Below, piece by piece: positions 29,569 through 39,584 of a stretch of DNA of 64,000 nucleotides (position 1 is its first letter; each line of letters begins with the position of its first letter). Source of the DNA: an uncultured Chloroflexia bacterium (GTDB lineage Bacteria; Chloroflexota; Limnocylindria; QHBO01); the NCBI GenBank assembly GCA_963827475.1, contig CAWHAZ010000003.1, positions 64,001-128,000 on the forward strand, read 5' to 3'. The position numbers were made by a program, and so were the translations under genes. The notes beneath the pieces are model-generated. The model was not told the DNA's origin and made no database searches. It saw only the letters and a list, made by a program, of their open reading frames with translations.

Positions 29569-30107
29569 CGGTCGGCGGCCTCCTCGTCCCGGGCGTCGTC
29601 GGCCGCCGCCGCGCGGGCCGCGGCCATCGACTCGCGCATGGCCCGGCTGTCGAGCGGCGGCGTGGTCATGATGTAGGCGTCCTCGCCGTCGTCGGTGTAG
29701 TAGCGCTCCCGGCGACCGGCAACGGCGAAGCCGTGGGCCGCGTACAGCGCCTGGGCAGCGAGGTTGGAGACGCGGACCTCGAGCGTCATCGTGGCCGCGC
29801 CGAGCTCCTCGGCCACGACCAGCAGGGCGAGCAGCAGCCGGCGTCCGACGCCCTGCCGTCGCCAGTCGGGGTGTACGGCAAAGGTGGTGATGTGGGCCTC
29901 GTCGACCATGAGCCACACCCCGGCGTACCCCACCACCGCCCCGCCCTGGCGGGCGACCGTGTAGCGGGCGAGGCGGTTGTGCCGGAGCTCCTGGTGGAAG
30001 GCCTCAGGCGGCCAGGGTGTCGTGAAGCTCGCCCGCTCGATCTCGAGGACGGCGGGTATGTCGTCCAGAACCATCGTCCCGATCCGGACCGCGGCGGTCA
30101 GAGCCAT
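29565..30107 (-). CDS. rimI: Ribosomal-protein-alanine N-acetyltransferase
   Basis: IERASFTTPW, EAHITTFAVHPDWRRQGVG, LEVRVSN..AQALY..GF...GRRERYY. Confidence 0.93.
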   Translation of the reverse strand: MALTAAVRIGTMVLDDIPAVLEIERASFTTPWPPEAFHQELRHNRLARYTVARQGGAVVGYAGVWLMVDEAHITTFAVHPDWRRQGVGRRLLLALLVVAEELGAATMTLEVRVSNLAAQALYAAHGFAVAGRRERYYTDDGEDAYIMTTPPLDSRAMRESMAAARAAAADDARDEEAADR

Positions 30108-30733
30108 GTCACCGGCACCTCGGCTCCCTCGACTACGCCCCGCGGCGGGCGCAGATAGACCGGCTCGAGGGCCGACAGGTCATCCGCCGTTCCCGCTGCG
30201 AACCGAGGCGCCGCGAGACGGGCGACGGCAACTGCTGCGCCGTCCGGCGGGATCGCGTGGCTGAGGCCGAGCGTGTCGGCCAGCTCCCGGGGGGCGACCA
30301 GGCGGGAGGCGCGGCCGTCGGCCGAGATGGCGTCGAACGCGACGAGGCGCGGATCTGGTTCGTCGCGCGAGCGAGCCCACCCCTCCGCAGCCCCGGCGCG
30401 GACCAGCGCAGCGACGGCCTCGGGCACGCTGTCCAACCACGCCTCCAGGCTGGGGATCCCGACGATCGGCACGGCGAGGCCCCATGCCAGGCCTTTGGCC
30501 AGGGCCAGACCGACGCGCAGCCCGGTGAACGAGCCGGGACCGAGGCCCACCGCCACGCCCTGGACGTCGGCCAGGGTCGCGCCCCGGTCGTCGAGCAGGC
30601 CGAGGATGCGGGGCAGCAGCTCGCTGCCCTGGCCCCGAGTCGTGCTCCAGGCCGCATCCGCGAGCGGGGCCCCGGTGAAATCCGCCAGGGCGACCGACTG
30701 GTCGGGCGAGGCGCTGTCGAGGGCGATGATCAC
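30098..30733 (-). CDS. tsaB: tRNA t6A biosynthesis protein TsaB
   Basis: IIALDSA, GPGSFTGLRVG, GIPSLEA, LEPVYLR. Confidence 0.93.
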   Translation of the reverse strand: MIIALDSASPDQSVALADFTGAPLADAAWSTTRGQGSELLPRILGLLDDRGATLADVQGVAVGLGPGSFTGLRVGLALAKGLAWGLAVPIVGIPSLEAWLDSVPEAVAALVRAGAAEGWARSRDEPDPRLVAFDAISADGRASRLVAPRELADTLGLSHAIPPDGAAVAVARLAAPRFAAGTADDLSALEPVYLRPPRGVVEGAEVPVTWL

Positions 30734-31233
30734 GCTGCTGTGCCGTCCTCGAGGGCGCGGGCCAACGCCACGTGCGGATCACCGACGGCCTGCCAGCGGA
30801 TCAGACGATGCTCCGGTTCATCGTCGACGAGCTCGAGCTCGATGCGCAGAACGTCGGCCGCCAGCCAGCCCTCGAGGCGATCGGCCCACTCGATGACGGT
30901 CACCCCCTCCGCCTGCCGTTCATCGAAGACGCCGGCCTGGCGGGCCTCATCGGCATCGGTCAGACGATAGGCGTCGACATGGAACAGGGGCAGGCGGCCG
31001 GCGTGCTCGTTGACGATGATGAAGGTCGGGCTGTTGACCACGCTCCGCACGCCGAGCCCCTCGGCCACGCCCTTCGCCAGCTGGGTCTTGCCCGCGCCGA
31101 GCGGTCCGACGAGCGCGAGCCGTGTCCCCGGCAGCGCGGCACGGCCGAGCCGTCGGCCGACCCGCCGGGTTGCCGCCGCCGAGCCGGACACCAGCTGGCC
31201 ACTTGTTGCGGTGTGGTTCACGCTCGCCGTCAC
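30730..31233 (-). CDS. tsaE: tRNA t6A biosynthesis ATPase TsaE
   Basis: GPLGAGKT, VNSPTF, HVDAYRL, VIEWAD; start GTG 31233. Confidence 0.93.
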   Translation of the reverse strand: MTASVNHTATSGQLVSGSAAATRRVGRRLGRAALPGTRLALVGPLGAGKTQLAKGVAEGLGVRSVVNSPTFIIVNEHAGRLPLFHVDAYRLTDADEARQAGVFDERQAEGVTVIEWADRLEGWLAADVLRIELELVDDEPEHRLIRWQAVGDPHVALARALEDGTAA

Positions 31234-31247
31234 GCGCCGCGAGTATC

Positions 31248-32282
31248 TCAGGACGGCTGCGGGCTGGCCTCCAGGTTGGCGAGGGCGATCGCCACCGTGC
31301 GCCCCGTATCGAGCCGCACCAGGCCGCACAAGGCGCTGATCCCGGATCCGATGGCCATCGGCTGGCTCGGAACCTCGCGCAACATGCCGACCTGGCCGCG
31401 GCCCGGGCCGGTGACGACGACCACGCGATCCCCGACCGCGGCTCGAGACACCCGCTCTGGAGCCGGCGCCGCGTCGTAGACGAGCAGGCGGCGCTGGTCG
31501 CCGAGGATCGTGACCGACCGATCGGCATGGGCCTGGAGCCAGGCGAAGCGGGCGGGGTCCATCCCGGATCGACCGAATCCGTCGAGCGCAAGCACCGCGA
31601 ACGGCGGGGCGGCGGTGCCGAGCAGGCTCCGTCGATGCTGGAGACCGGCGAAGTCCGCCAGGTCGCGGGCGTGGAGCCCGCCAACCACGATGCCGGCCAC
31701 GCCGACCGCGCGCGCCCGGGTGATGGCCTCGGCCGACGCCCACGATCCGCCGACGATGACCCGACCCGCGGCGTCCGCGTCGATCACGGCCGGATCGAGC
31801 GGGGTCTCGGGGTGGCTGACCGCCATCATCAGCTGGCCGTGCACCGCGGGCCCGGTACCGCCCGCGCATGCCAGCTCGACGGCGGGCACGGCGATCGTGA
31901 TCGCGTCCGGGCCGACCTCCATGACCACGCCACGGACGTTGCTCGCGATCGGTTGGGGGTCACCGAGGGTGAGCAGCTGGGCGTTTCCCCGCGTCGGGTC
32001 GTACGCCAGGAAGTAGCCATTGGCCGGGGAGCGGACCTCGCGCTCCGGCGTGCGTGCGAGGGGTTGATCGGCACGGACCCGCGTCCCGGGCGTCACCAGC
32101 AGGAGATCGACGACCTCCGGCTTTCGGCGGCGCAGGGGTCGCGCGATGGAAACCGACTGGCTGGCCGCCAGGCGGGCCACGGTCGCGACCGGATCCCCTG
32201 GTCGGACCTCGTCGCCGACATTGACCACCGGCTCGGCGCCGGACGGCAGACGGAGGCGGTGGCGGTACGGTCCGGGAGTCAT
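31248..32282 (-). CDS. Uncharacterised protein: barrel-sandwich-hybrid-like repeats, alpha/beta core, KOW-like C-terminus
   Basis: VVNVGDEVRPGDPVA and LVTPGTRVRADQPLA..EVRSPANG (BSH-like), GVAGIVVGG, LDGFG..M, VGDRVVVVTGPGRGQVG (KOW-like), terminal ANLE; ATG overlaps the upstream stop. Confidence 0.75.
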   Translation of the reverse strand: MTPGPYRHRLRLPSGAEPVVNVGDEVRPGDPVATVARLAASQSVSIARPLRRRKPEVVDLLLVTPGTRVRADQPLARTPEREVRSPANGYFLAYDPTRGNAQLLTLGDPQPIASNVRGVVMEVGPDAITIAVPAVELACAGGTGPAVHGQLMMAVSHPETPLDPAVIDADAAGRVIVGGSWASAEAITRARAVGVAGIVVGGLHARDLADFAGLQHRRSLLGTAAPPFAVLALDGFGRSGMDPARFAWLQAHADRSVTILGDQRRLLVYDAAPAPERVSRAAVGDRVVVVTGPGRGQVGMLREVPSQPMAIGSGISALCGLVRLDTGRTVAIALANLEASPQPS

Positions 32283-33935
32283 CCGGCGGCGCTGGCGCGC
32301 GGCTCGCGCCGGAGGGCTTCCCGCCAGGACTGGATCATCGTCCGGGCATCGCCGGGCCGCCCCGGGAGCTGGATCGGATCTCCACGCGCATCGAGGATGA
32401 TGCCCACCGCTCCTCCAGTGACGGCTGCCCGCAGGCGCGGGCCGCGGACGGGCGCTCCGACATGCACGCCGCGCTCGAGCTCGATCTCGAGGTCGCCCGA
32501 CCCCCCGCGCTCGAGGGGGAGGACGGCGATCGACCCGGCCCGAACGTCGACCGGCGGAATGTCCGGCCATCCGGGCCGGTGCAGCCGAGCACGAAACGCG
32601 AGCTGGCCGGGCTGGCCGCCCGCCGACCGGACGGAGGTGCCGAGCGGGACGAGCAGGTCATCGCGGAGCGTCTCCAGGCCCTCGTTGACGTCATCGTCGG
32701 CCAGCGCGCCGAGCGGCCCACAGATGCCCCACGGGTCGATCGCCAGTTGGGTGACACCGGGTGGTCGCAGCCCGTCGAGCAGGACGAGGGCGGCATCGGC
32801 AGGGTGCGGGGCTGCGGCGAGGAGCCGCCCGCCGCCCACGATCAAGTCCACGGCCGGACCGCCGCCCATCAGGTGGCGAGCGGCCGCGAGGCGGTCGACG
32901 CCAACCGCCTGCGCGATCGCGGACTCGACCGACGTGGCCGGAAGACCGGAACGGTGCATCTCGAGCCCCGCCATGGCATCGGTGGTGGTGAACTCGTCCG
33001 CGTCGGCCGGCAGGATCTCGGCCGCTGCCCGTGAGCCCGGCGGCAGGGTGCGCTCGGTGCGTGGCGGCCAGGATGGCCGTGCGGCCCGGAGAGCCGCTCT
33101 CGCGCCAGGCGAGCCACGACGCGCCGAGGTCGACCCCGAGGACCGTGATTCCCAGGCCCTCGGACAGCGCGTCCATGGCACGACCGAAGGCGACTGGCGT
33201 GGCGCTGCGCGCCTCGTTGATCTGGTTCAGCACGGTGAGCTCCCGCACCAGGGCGCCGGTCAGGCCCTCGTCAAGAGCCTCGGCGACGGACTCGGCGCGC
33301 GTCCCGAACAGCTGGACCAGCTCGCCCACCTCGTCCGGGCGGCCGACGACGAGGACGCGAGCGCGGGATGCCCCGAGCGCGGCGGCCACCAGTCCCCAGA
33401 GCGGCCCCGGGCCGAGGGCGGGTGACGGGACCGCCAGCCAGGTGTCGACGTCGGCCGCGCGCAGAAGCTCCAGTCGCTCGGCATCGGTCCGACGGTCGTC
33501 GCCGGCCACGCCGGCCTCGACGGTCCAGCCGCCGCGGATCGCCAGGGCCGTCGCCGCATCCAGCCTGGCCGTGGTGTCGGCCGCCACGGCCAGGCGCCCG
33601 GGTCGCCGCGGGGAGCGGCAGGTGATGCGCGGAGCTTCCCGCACCAGCAGCGGCAGCCGGCGATGCAGTCGAGAGTCGGCATGCGGGGTGAGCCGGCCGA
33701 CGAGGTCCTCGACCAGTACCGCGTCCCCCCAGGCCGTCGGCTGCGCGGCGCCTGACACGATCCGCCACCGGCCGCCCGCGCGCCCGACGAGGGCCGCCTT
33801 GGTCCACGCGCTGCCGACGTCGAGGAGCAGGGTGAGCTCCGTCTCGGGCGTGACCCGCACCGGAGTCGGGGCGGGCCTGGGCCTCGCCGCGGCGGCCGTG
33901 GGCGATGTCGAGGTTGCGTGGTCCACCGAGGTCAT
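32279..33935 (-). CDS. GlmL (glutamate mutase L)-like actin-fold ATPase (frameshift near 33060)
   Basis: Phosphate-1 LLLDVGSAWTKA, phosphate-2 VLGVDLGAS, adenosine-like DLIVGGG.LLAAAP, LLDGLRP.G, GIILDARG.P; coupled to the alr stop. Confidence 0.7.
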
Positions 33936-35062
33936 CGGTTCACGTGCCTCCTTGGGAGACGGCGGCGGAGCATGGTCGTCACTTCGTAGTTGATCGTGCC
34001 CCTCTGTGCCGCCACCTCGTCGGCGGTGATCTCGTCGTCGCCCTGGCGACCGATGAGCACGAACTCGTCGTCGAGGCCCACCGACCCCGCATCGCTCACG
34101 TCGACCACCAGACCGTCCATGCTGATCGCACCCACCATCGGCGCCCGCTGCCCGCGAACCAGGGCCGAGCCATTGTTCAAGTGGCTGCGGGGCCAGCCGT
34201 CACCGTACCCGATCGGCAGGGTGGCCAGTCGGCATGTACGCCGCGCGGTCCAGCGCATCCCATAGCCGATCGGCGTTCCCGACGCGACCTCGACCACCCG
34301 AAGCGGCAGCGCCCGCAGCGCCAACGCCGGGGTCAGGCCGGCGGTGGCGGGCTCGAACGGGTCGGGGCAGAGCCCGTACAGGCCCACGCCCGGTCGCACG
34401 GCGTCGGCATCGGTGCCCACGCCGGCCAGGATGGCGCCCGTTCCGCCGACGTGGACGATCCCTGGATCGATCCCGGAGGCGCGCATGGCGTCGAGGACGG
34501 AGGCCATGCGATCGAGCTGGGTCTCGGTATGGGACTCGTCCTCAGGCGCGGCGAGGTGGGTCATCGTGCCGGCCAGGTGCAGATGGCGGCTGGCCGCGAT
34601 CTGGCCGGCCAGCTCGAGCGCGGATTCGGGCTCGATCCCCTGTCGGCCCAGACCGCTGTCGACCTTGAGGTGAACGCCGAGCCGCGTCCTCGTGGCAGCG
34701 GCCGCGGTACCCAGGATCGCGACCGCGGCTGCACCATCGACGATCGGCTCGAGGTTCGCCCTCGCCACCGCCTCCGCGTCGCTCTGATCGAATCCGCCCC
34801 ATAAGACCAGGATCGGGCCGCCCAGTCCGGCGTCGCGCAGCTCGGTCGCCTCCGACACGGTGGCCACCGCGAGGCGTTCGACGTTCAGGTCGATCAGGGT
34901 GGCCGCCACCTCGACTGCTCCGTGCCCGTACGCGTTCGCCTTGACCACGCCGATGACCTGCGTGCCCTCTCCCGCCCGCTGGCGCAACAGGGCGAGGTTC
35001 GCCGCGATTGCGGCGTGGTCGATCTCGACCCAGGCCCGATGGCGATAGGCTTCCGGGTCCAT
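33932..35062 (-). CDS. alr: Alanine racemase
   Basis: VVKANAYGHG (PLP Lys), HLKVDSGLGRQG, VRPGVGLYG, PIGYGDG, VGAISMD, INYEV. Confidence 0.96.
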   Translation of the reverse strand: MDPEAYRHRAWVEIDHAAIAANLALLRQRAGEGTQVIGVVKANAYGHGAVEVAATLIDLNVERLAVATVSEATELRDAGLGGPILVLWGGFDQSDAEAVARANLEPIVDGAAAVAILGTAAAATRTRLGVHLKVDSGLGRQGIEPESALELAGQIAASRHLHLAGTMTHLAAPEDESHTETQLDRMASVLDAMRASGIDPGIVHVGGTGAILAGVGTDADAVRPGVGLYGLCPDPFEPATAGLTPALALRALPLRVVEVASGTPIGYGMRWTARRTCRLATLPIGYGDGWPRSHLNNGSALVRGQRAPMVGAISMDGLVVDVSDAGSVGLDDEFVLIGRQGDDEITADEVAAQRGTINYEVTTMLRRRLPRRHVNR

Positions 35063-35973
35063 CAGGCGCCGCTGGCGCCGCCACGAAGCACGGACATCGC
35101 CTCCGGGAGCAGGCCGGCAACGTCGGAGGCGAGGGCCCCGGCCACCCCGATCCGCTGCTCGGCGAGCAGGCCGGCCGCCGCGTGCACCGCCACCGCCACC
35201 CCGGCGGCGTCAACCGGCTCGAGACCGGCCGCGAGCATCGCCCCGATCGCGCCGGCCAGCACGTCGCCGCTGCCGGCGGTCGCCAGGGCCGGCGTCGCAA
35301 CGGCCGAACGGAGGATCCTGCCGTCAGGCGCAGCCACCACGGTGTTCGCGCCCTTCAGGATGACGACGTGCTCCCACAGCCGCGCGGCTTGCGCCGCGGC
35401 CGCTTCCCGGGCTGCGTCGTCTTCCTCGGGCGGGGGCGGCGCGCCGCCGCCGAGGAGACGGGCGAACTCACCCGGGTGCGGGCTCAGTACCGCGGTCGTG
35501 TTCAGCGTCCGCCACCAGCGGTCCCGTGCGGCGAGGGCGGTCAACCCGTCCGCATCGACGACCACCGGTCGTCGGAGCTCACTGATGAGGTGCGCCGTCC
35601 GACGGAGGGTGGCCGCGTGGCGGCCGAGTCCCGGCCCGACCACGATCGCGTCATAAGCGCCGGCAGCCGCCGTCAGCTGCCGCCAGCCGGCGGGCGCGAC
35701 GAGCCCCACGGCCTCCTCCGGCAGCAGGAGCGAGGTGAGCTCCGGCACGAGCCCCAGCAGCCGGAGGCCGACGGTCTCCGGCGTCGCCAGGCACACCAGC
35801 CCGGCCCCGCTCCGCGCGGCCCCGAGTCCGGTGAGCAGCGCCGCACCGGCGTACTCCAGCGAGCCGGCCACGACGAGGACCCGACCGAACGTGCCCTTGT
35901 GGCTGATCGGGGGCCGCGACGGGAGGTGATCGGCGACCCAGCGCGGGGTGAGCGTGGTGGCACCGCCGGGCAT
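35062..35973 (-). CDS. nnrD: ADP-dependent NAD(P)H-hydrate dehydratase
   Basis: HKGTFGRVLVVAGS, GPGLG, VVDADGL, SPHPGEFARL, LATAGSGDVLAG; no fused epimerase domain. Confidence 0.93.
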   Translation of the reverse strand: MPGGATTLTPRWVADHLPSRPPISHKGTFGRVLVVAGSLEYAGAALLTGLGAARSGAGLVCLATPETVGLRLLGLVPELTSLLLPEEAVGLVAPAGWRQLTAAAGAYDAIVVGPGLGRHAATLRRTAHLISELRRPVVVDADGLTALAARDRWWRTLNTTAVLSPHPGEFARLLGGGAPPPPEEDDAAREAAAAQAARLWEHVVILKGANTVVAAPDGRILRSAVATPALATAGSGDVLAGAIGAMLAAGLEPVDAAGVAVAVHAAAGLLAEQRIGVAGALASDVAGLLPEAMSVLRGGASGA

Positions 35974-35979
35974 TGGTGC

Positions 35980-36360
35980 TCAGGCCTCCGCGGGCCGATC
36001 GGCGATGGCGACCGCGACGGCCATCCGCCGTTCGTGAGAGATCGAGACGGTGACCTCACCGATGCCGAGGCGGGCCGCCCGGGCAGCGGCACGGCCATGG
36101 AGCAGGACCTGCGGCTGCCCGGCGAAGTTGGGCAGGACCTCGATCTCGCGCCAGCCGACGCCCCGCACGCCGAGGCCGAGCACCTTGCTGACCGCCTCCT
36201 TCGCCGCCCAGCGGCCGGCGACCCGCTCGATCTTGTCGCCGCAGTAGCGGTCCTCGCGCTCGGTGAGCACACGGCGCCGAAATCGCTCCGGATAGCGGGA
36301 GAGCGTCCGCGCGATCCGGTCGATGTCGATGAGATCGACGCCGAGCTCGTGGCGGCTCAT
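35980..36360 (-). CDS. acpS: Holo-ACP synthase
   Basis: GVDLIDIDRI, AGRWAAKEAVSK, VSISHE. Confidence 0.95.
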   Translation of the reverse strand: MSRHELGVDLIDIDRIARTLSRYPERFRRRVLTEREDRYCGDKIERVAGRWAAKEAVSKVLGLGVRGVGWREIEVLPNFAGQPQVLLHGRAAARAARLGIGEVTVSISHERRMAVAVAIADRPAEA

Positions 36361-36381
36361 CGGGCGTCGCCCACCCGGCAG

Positions 36382-38217
36382 CTACTCGACAGTGACCGAC
36401 TTGGCGAGGTTGCGAGGCTGGTCGACATCGGTCCCGCGCGATACGGCGACCTCGTAGGCGAGGAGCTGGAGCGGCACGATGCTGATCACCGGAGACAGCT
36501 CTTCCAGCGTCTCGGGGACGACGAGGACGTCCTCGGCGAGCTTCCCGATCTGCTCGTCGCCGGCCGTCGCCACCGCCAGCACCGGCGCCTGACGGGCCCG
36601 GGCCTCGGAGACGTTGGACAGGATCTTCTCGTAGACCGCGCCGCGGGTCACGATCGCCACGAGGGGGGTGTCGGCATCAAGGAGGGCGATCGGGCCGTGC
36701 TTCAGCTCGCCGGCGGCATACCCCTCGGCGTGCACGTAGGACAGCTCCTTGAGCTTCAGGGCGCCCTCCATCGCGATCGGGAAGCCCACCCCGCGACCGA
36801 TGTACATCACGTCCTGTACGTTCAGCGCCGCCCAGCGAGCCGCGATCTCGCGCACCTGCGGGGCACAGTCGAGGGCAGCCACCGCCGCCCGGGGAAGTGC
36901 CCGCAGGCCCAGGCCGTAGGTCGCCAGCTGGGCATGGGTCATCGTCCCGCGCAACCGGGCAACATGCAGGGCCAGCATCTGGAGGACGAGGACCTGGGTC
37001 GCGAAGGCCTTGGTGGAGGCGACCCCGATCTCAGGCCCGGCCTGGAGGTAGACGGTCGCGTCGCCGTCGCGGGCCAAGGCGCTGCCCACGACATTGGTCA
37101 CGACGACCACCGTCGCACCTCGCTCTCGCGCCAGGCGGGTGGGGGCGATGGTGTCCGCCGTCTCCCCCGACTGGCTGACGCTGACGACCACGGTCCGGTC
37201 GGTGATCGGCGGTGGCGCGTAGCGCATCTCGGAGCCGATGACCGAGACGGCCGGCACGCCGGCCCACTGCTGGAGGAGGTAGGCACCCACGTCGGAGGCG
37301 TAGTGCGCCGTACCGCAGGCGACCAGGTAGATGCGGTCCGCCTCCCGCAGCTTGTCCTCGACGGCGTCCAGCTCCGGCAGGTGGAGCACGCCCCGGCCAT
37401 CCACCCGCCCGCGAAGGGCCTCCTGGATCGCGTGCGGCTGCTCGTAGATCTCCTTCAGGGTGAAGTGCGAGAACCCACCCTTCTCCGCGGCCTCCAGGTT
37501 CCAGGTGATCTCGGTCACCTCGCGATCGAGCTCATCGCCCTCGAGGTCGATCACCGTCGTCCCCTCCGGTGTCACCGCAGCGATATCCCCCTCGTGGAGG
37601 ATCACCACCCGCCGGGTGTGCTCGAGGATGGCCGGCACGTCGCTCGCCAGGAACCCCTCGCCCTCGCCCAGCCCGACGATGAGCGGCACGTTCATCCGGG
37701 CCCCGACGATGAGGTCGGGGTGATCGGTGTGCATGACCCCGATGGCGTAGGCACCCTGGACCTGTCCGAGCGCCCGTCGCACTGCCTCGACCAGGTCGCC
37801 TTGGTAGGCCTCCTCGATCAGGTGGGCGAGGACCTCGGTGTCGGTCTCCGAGCTGAAGGCGTGGCCGGACGCGGCGAGACGGTCGCGGACCTCGGCGTAG
37901 TTTTCGATGATCCCGTTGTGGATCAGGGCCAGCTTGCCCGTGCAGTCGGCGTGGGGATGGGCGTTGAGGTCGGTCGGGGCGCCGTGCGTGGCCCACCGGG
38001 TATGGGCGATGCCGGGATGGCCGTGGGGCGTGGAGCCGTTGAGCTGATCGGTCAGGTTGTGGAGCTTGCCGGCCTTCTTTTCGACGAAGACGGTGCCGGC
38101 ATCCGTCCGGATCGCGATGCCCGCCGAGTCGTAGCCGCGGTACTCCAGTCGACGCAGGCCCTCGAGCAGGATGGGCGCCGCATCACGCGGTCCGACGTAG
38201 CCGACGATCCCACACAT
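36382..38217 (-). CDS. glmS: Glutamine--fructose-6-phosphate transaminase
   Basis: MCGIVGY, LEYRGYDSAG, HTRWATHG, SQSGETADT, PRNLAKSVTVE. Confidence 0.98.
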   Translation of the reverse strand: MCGIVGYVGPRDAAPILLEGLRRLEYRGYDSAGIAIRTDAGTVFVEKKAGKLHNLTDQLNGSTPHGHPGIAHTRWATHGAPTDLNAHPHADCTGKLALIHNGIIENYAEVRDRLAASGHAFSSETDTEVLAHLIEEAYQGDLVEAVRRALGQVQGAYAIGVMHTDHPDLIVGARMNVPLIVGLGEGEGFLASDVPAILEHTRRVVILHEGDIAAVTPEGTTVIDLEGDELDREVTEITWNLEAAEKGGFSHFTLKEIYEQPHAIQEALRGRVDGRGVLHLPELDAVEDKLREADRIYLVACGTAHYASDVGAYLLQQWAGVPAVSVIGSEMRYAPPPITDRTVVVSVSQSGETADTIAPTRLARERGATVVVVTNVVGSALARDGDATVYLQAGPEIGVASTKAFATQVLVLQMLALHVARLRGTMTHAQLATYGLGLRALPRAAVAALDCAPQVREIAARWAALNVQDVMYIGRGVGFPIAMEGALKLKELSYVHAEGYAAGELKHGPIALLDADTPLVAIVTRGAVYEKILSNVSEARARQAPVLAVATAGDEQIGKLAEDVLVVPETLEELSPVISIVPLQLLAYEVAVSRGTDVDQPRNLAKSVTVE

Positions 38218-38236
38218 GACGTGTTCTGGCGCTCGA

Positions 38237-39568
38237 CTAGTTCAAGCGCGCGGTGGCCAGGTCCGCGAGCTCCCGGGCAATGGTGGCGATCTCGTCTGGC
38301 TCCTCACCTTCGACCATGATCCGCAGCCGGGGCTCGGTGCCCGAGGCGCGGACGAGAATCCGTCCCCGGCTGCCAAGCCGGGCGGTCGCCCGTGCCACGG
38401 CGTCCGCAAAGAGCGGGTCGACCTGCCACTGATCCTTGTGGCGGACGGCCGAGTTTATCACCACCTGCGGAAGCCTCGGAATTCGGGCGGCCAGGGTCGA
38501 GAGGCTCGCCCCGGGCGCGGCCCGGAGGGCGGCGACCAGCTGGATGGCGGTCAGCAGCCCGTCTCCGGTGGCGGCCAGGTCGCGGAAGATCACGTGGCCT
38601 GACTGCTCGCCGCCGAGCATGGCGCCCGAGCGCTCCATGGCCTCCAGGATGTGGCGATCGCCCACCGGCGCCCGAATGACGCGGCCTCCGGCCGCCTCCA
38701 CGACCCGCACCAGCCCGTCGTTGCTCATGACCGATACCACCAGCGTCTGCTCGGCGAGCGTGCCCGCCTCGAGGCGTTCCAGGGCGCAGATCCCCATCAC
38801 TCCGTCGCCGTCGACCACCTCCCCCGCCTCGGTGACGGCGATGAGCCGATCCGCGTCGCCGTCGAACGCAAAGCCGAGGTCCAGCCCGTTGACGCGGACG
38901 AGGTCCGCGAGGGAGGCGGGGTCCGTCGCGCCGCCACCGACGTTGATGTTCGTCCCATCGGGATCGCAGTGGATGGTCGTGACATCCGCCCCCAGGCTCC
39001 GCAGCAGGTCCGGGCCGAAGGAGGAGAGCGAGCCGTTGGCCGCGTCGAGGCCCACCCGCAGCCCGGTGAGCTGGTCGCCGGCGATGGCGACGAGATGCTC
39101 CCGGTAGAGGGCGACCGCCTCGGGGTCGCGGCTGACGCGGCCGAGGCCCGCGTTGGTCGGACCGGGGAGTGCTTCGGCCTGGAAGATGAGGTGCTCGAGC
39201 TGCTCCTCGGCCTCGTCGTCCATCTTCCGGCCGCCCGACACCACCTTCAGCCCGTTGTCGTCGGGCGGGTTGTGCGAGGCGGAGACCATGACCCCCGCCA
39301 CGTGCTCGCCGGTCTCGGCCACGAACGCGAGGCACGGGGTCGGGACGACGCCGAGGTCGAGGACATCGGTCCCGACCGAGGTCAGCCCGGCGGTCAGTGC
39401 GGAGACGAGCATCTCTCCCGATCGCCGTGTGTCGCGGCCGACGACCACGCTCCGGCCGGCGCCTTCGACGTAGTGGCCCAGCGCGCGGCCGAGGTCGTAG
39501 GCAAGGGTCGGAGTCAGGTCGACATTGGCGACACCGCGGATGCCGTCGGTGCCGAACAGGCGGCCCAT
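38237..39568 (-). CDS. glmM: Phosphoglucosamine mutase
   Basis: FGTDGIRG, SASHNP, FDGDADR, GGEQSGH, RASGTEP. Confidence 0.96.
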   Translation of the reverse strand: MGRLFGTDGIRGVANVDLTPTLAYDLGRALGHYVEGAGRSVVVGRDTRRSGEMLVSALTAGLTSVGTDVLDLGVVPTPCLAFVAETGEHVAGVMVSASHNPPDDNGLKVVSGGRKMDDEAEEQLEHLIFQAEALPGPTNAGLGRVSRDPEAVALYREHLVAIAGDQLTGLRVGLDAANGSLSSFGPDLLRSLGADVTTIHCDPDGTNINVGGGATDPASLADLVRVNGLDLGFAFDGDADRLIAVTEAGEVVDGDGVMGICALERLEAGTLAEQTLVVSVMSNDGLVRVVEAAGGRVIRAPVGDRHILEAMERSGAMLGGEQSGHVIFRDLAATGDGLLTAIQLVAALRAAPGASLSTLAARIPRLPQVVINSAVRHKDQWQVDPLFADAVARATARLGSRGRILVRASGTEPRLRIMVEGEEPDEIATIARELADLATARLN

Positions 39569-39584
39569 CGTGCGCTCGGTCGGG

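Noticed and set aside
38218-38236. glmS ribozyme upstream of glmS
   Set aside because: Only 19 nt separate glmM and glmS, leaving no room for the ribozyme.
35008-38319. 1103-aa plus-strand ORF and many other long antisense ORFs (e.g. 4086-6299, 8954-11044, 60744-63098)
   Set aside because: Shadow ORFs opposite well-conserved genes; expected from stop-codon scarcity at high GC3; no recognisable motifs.
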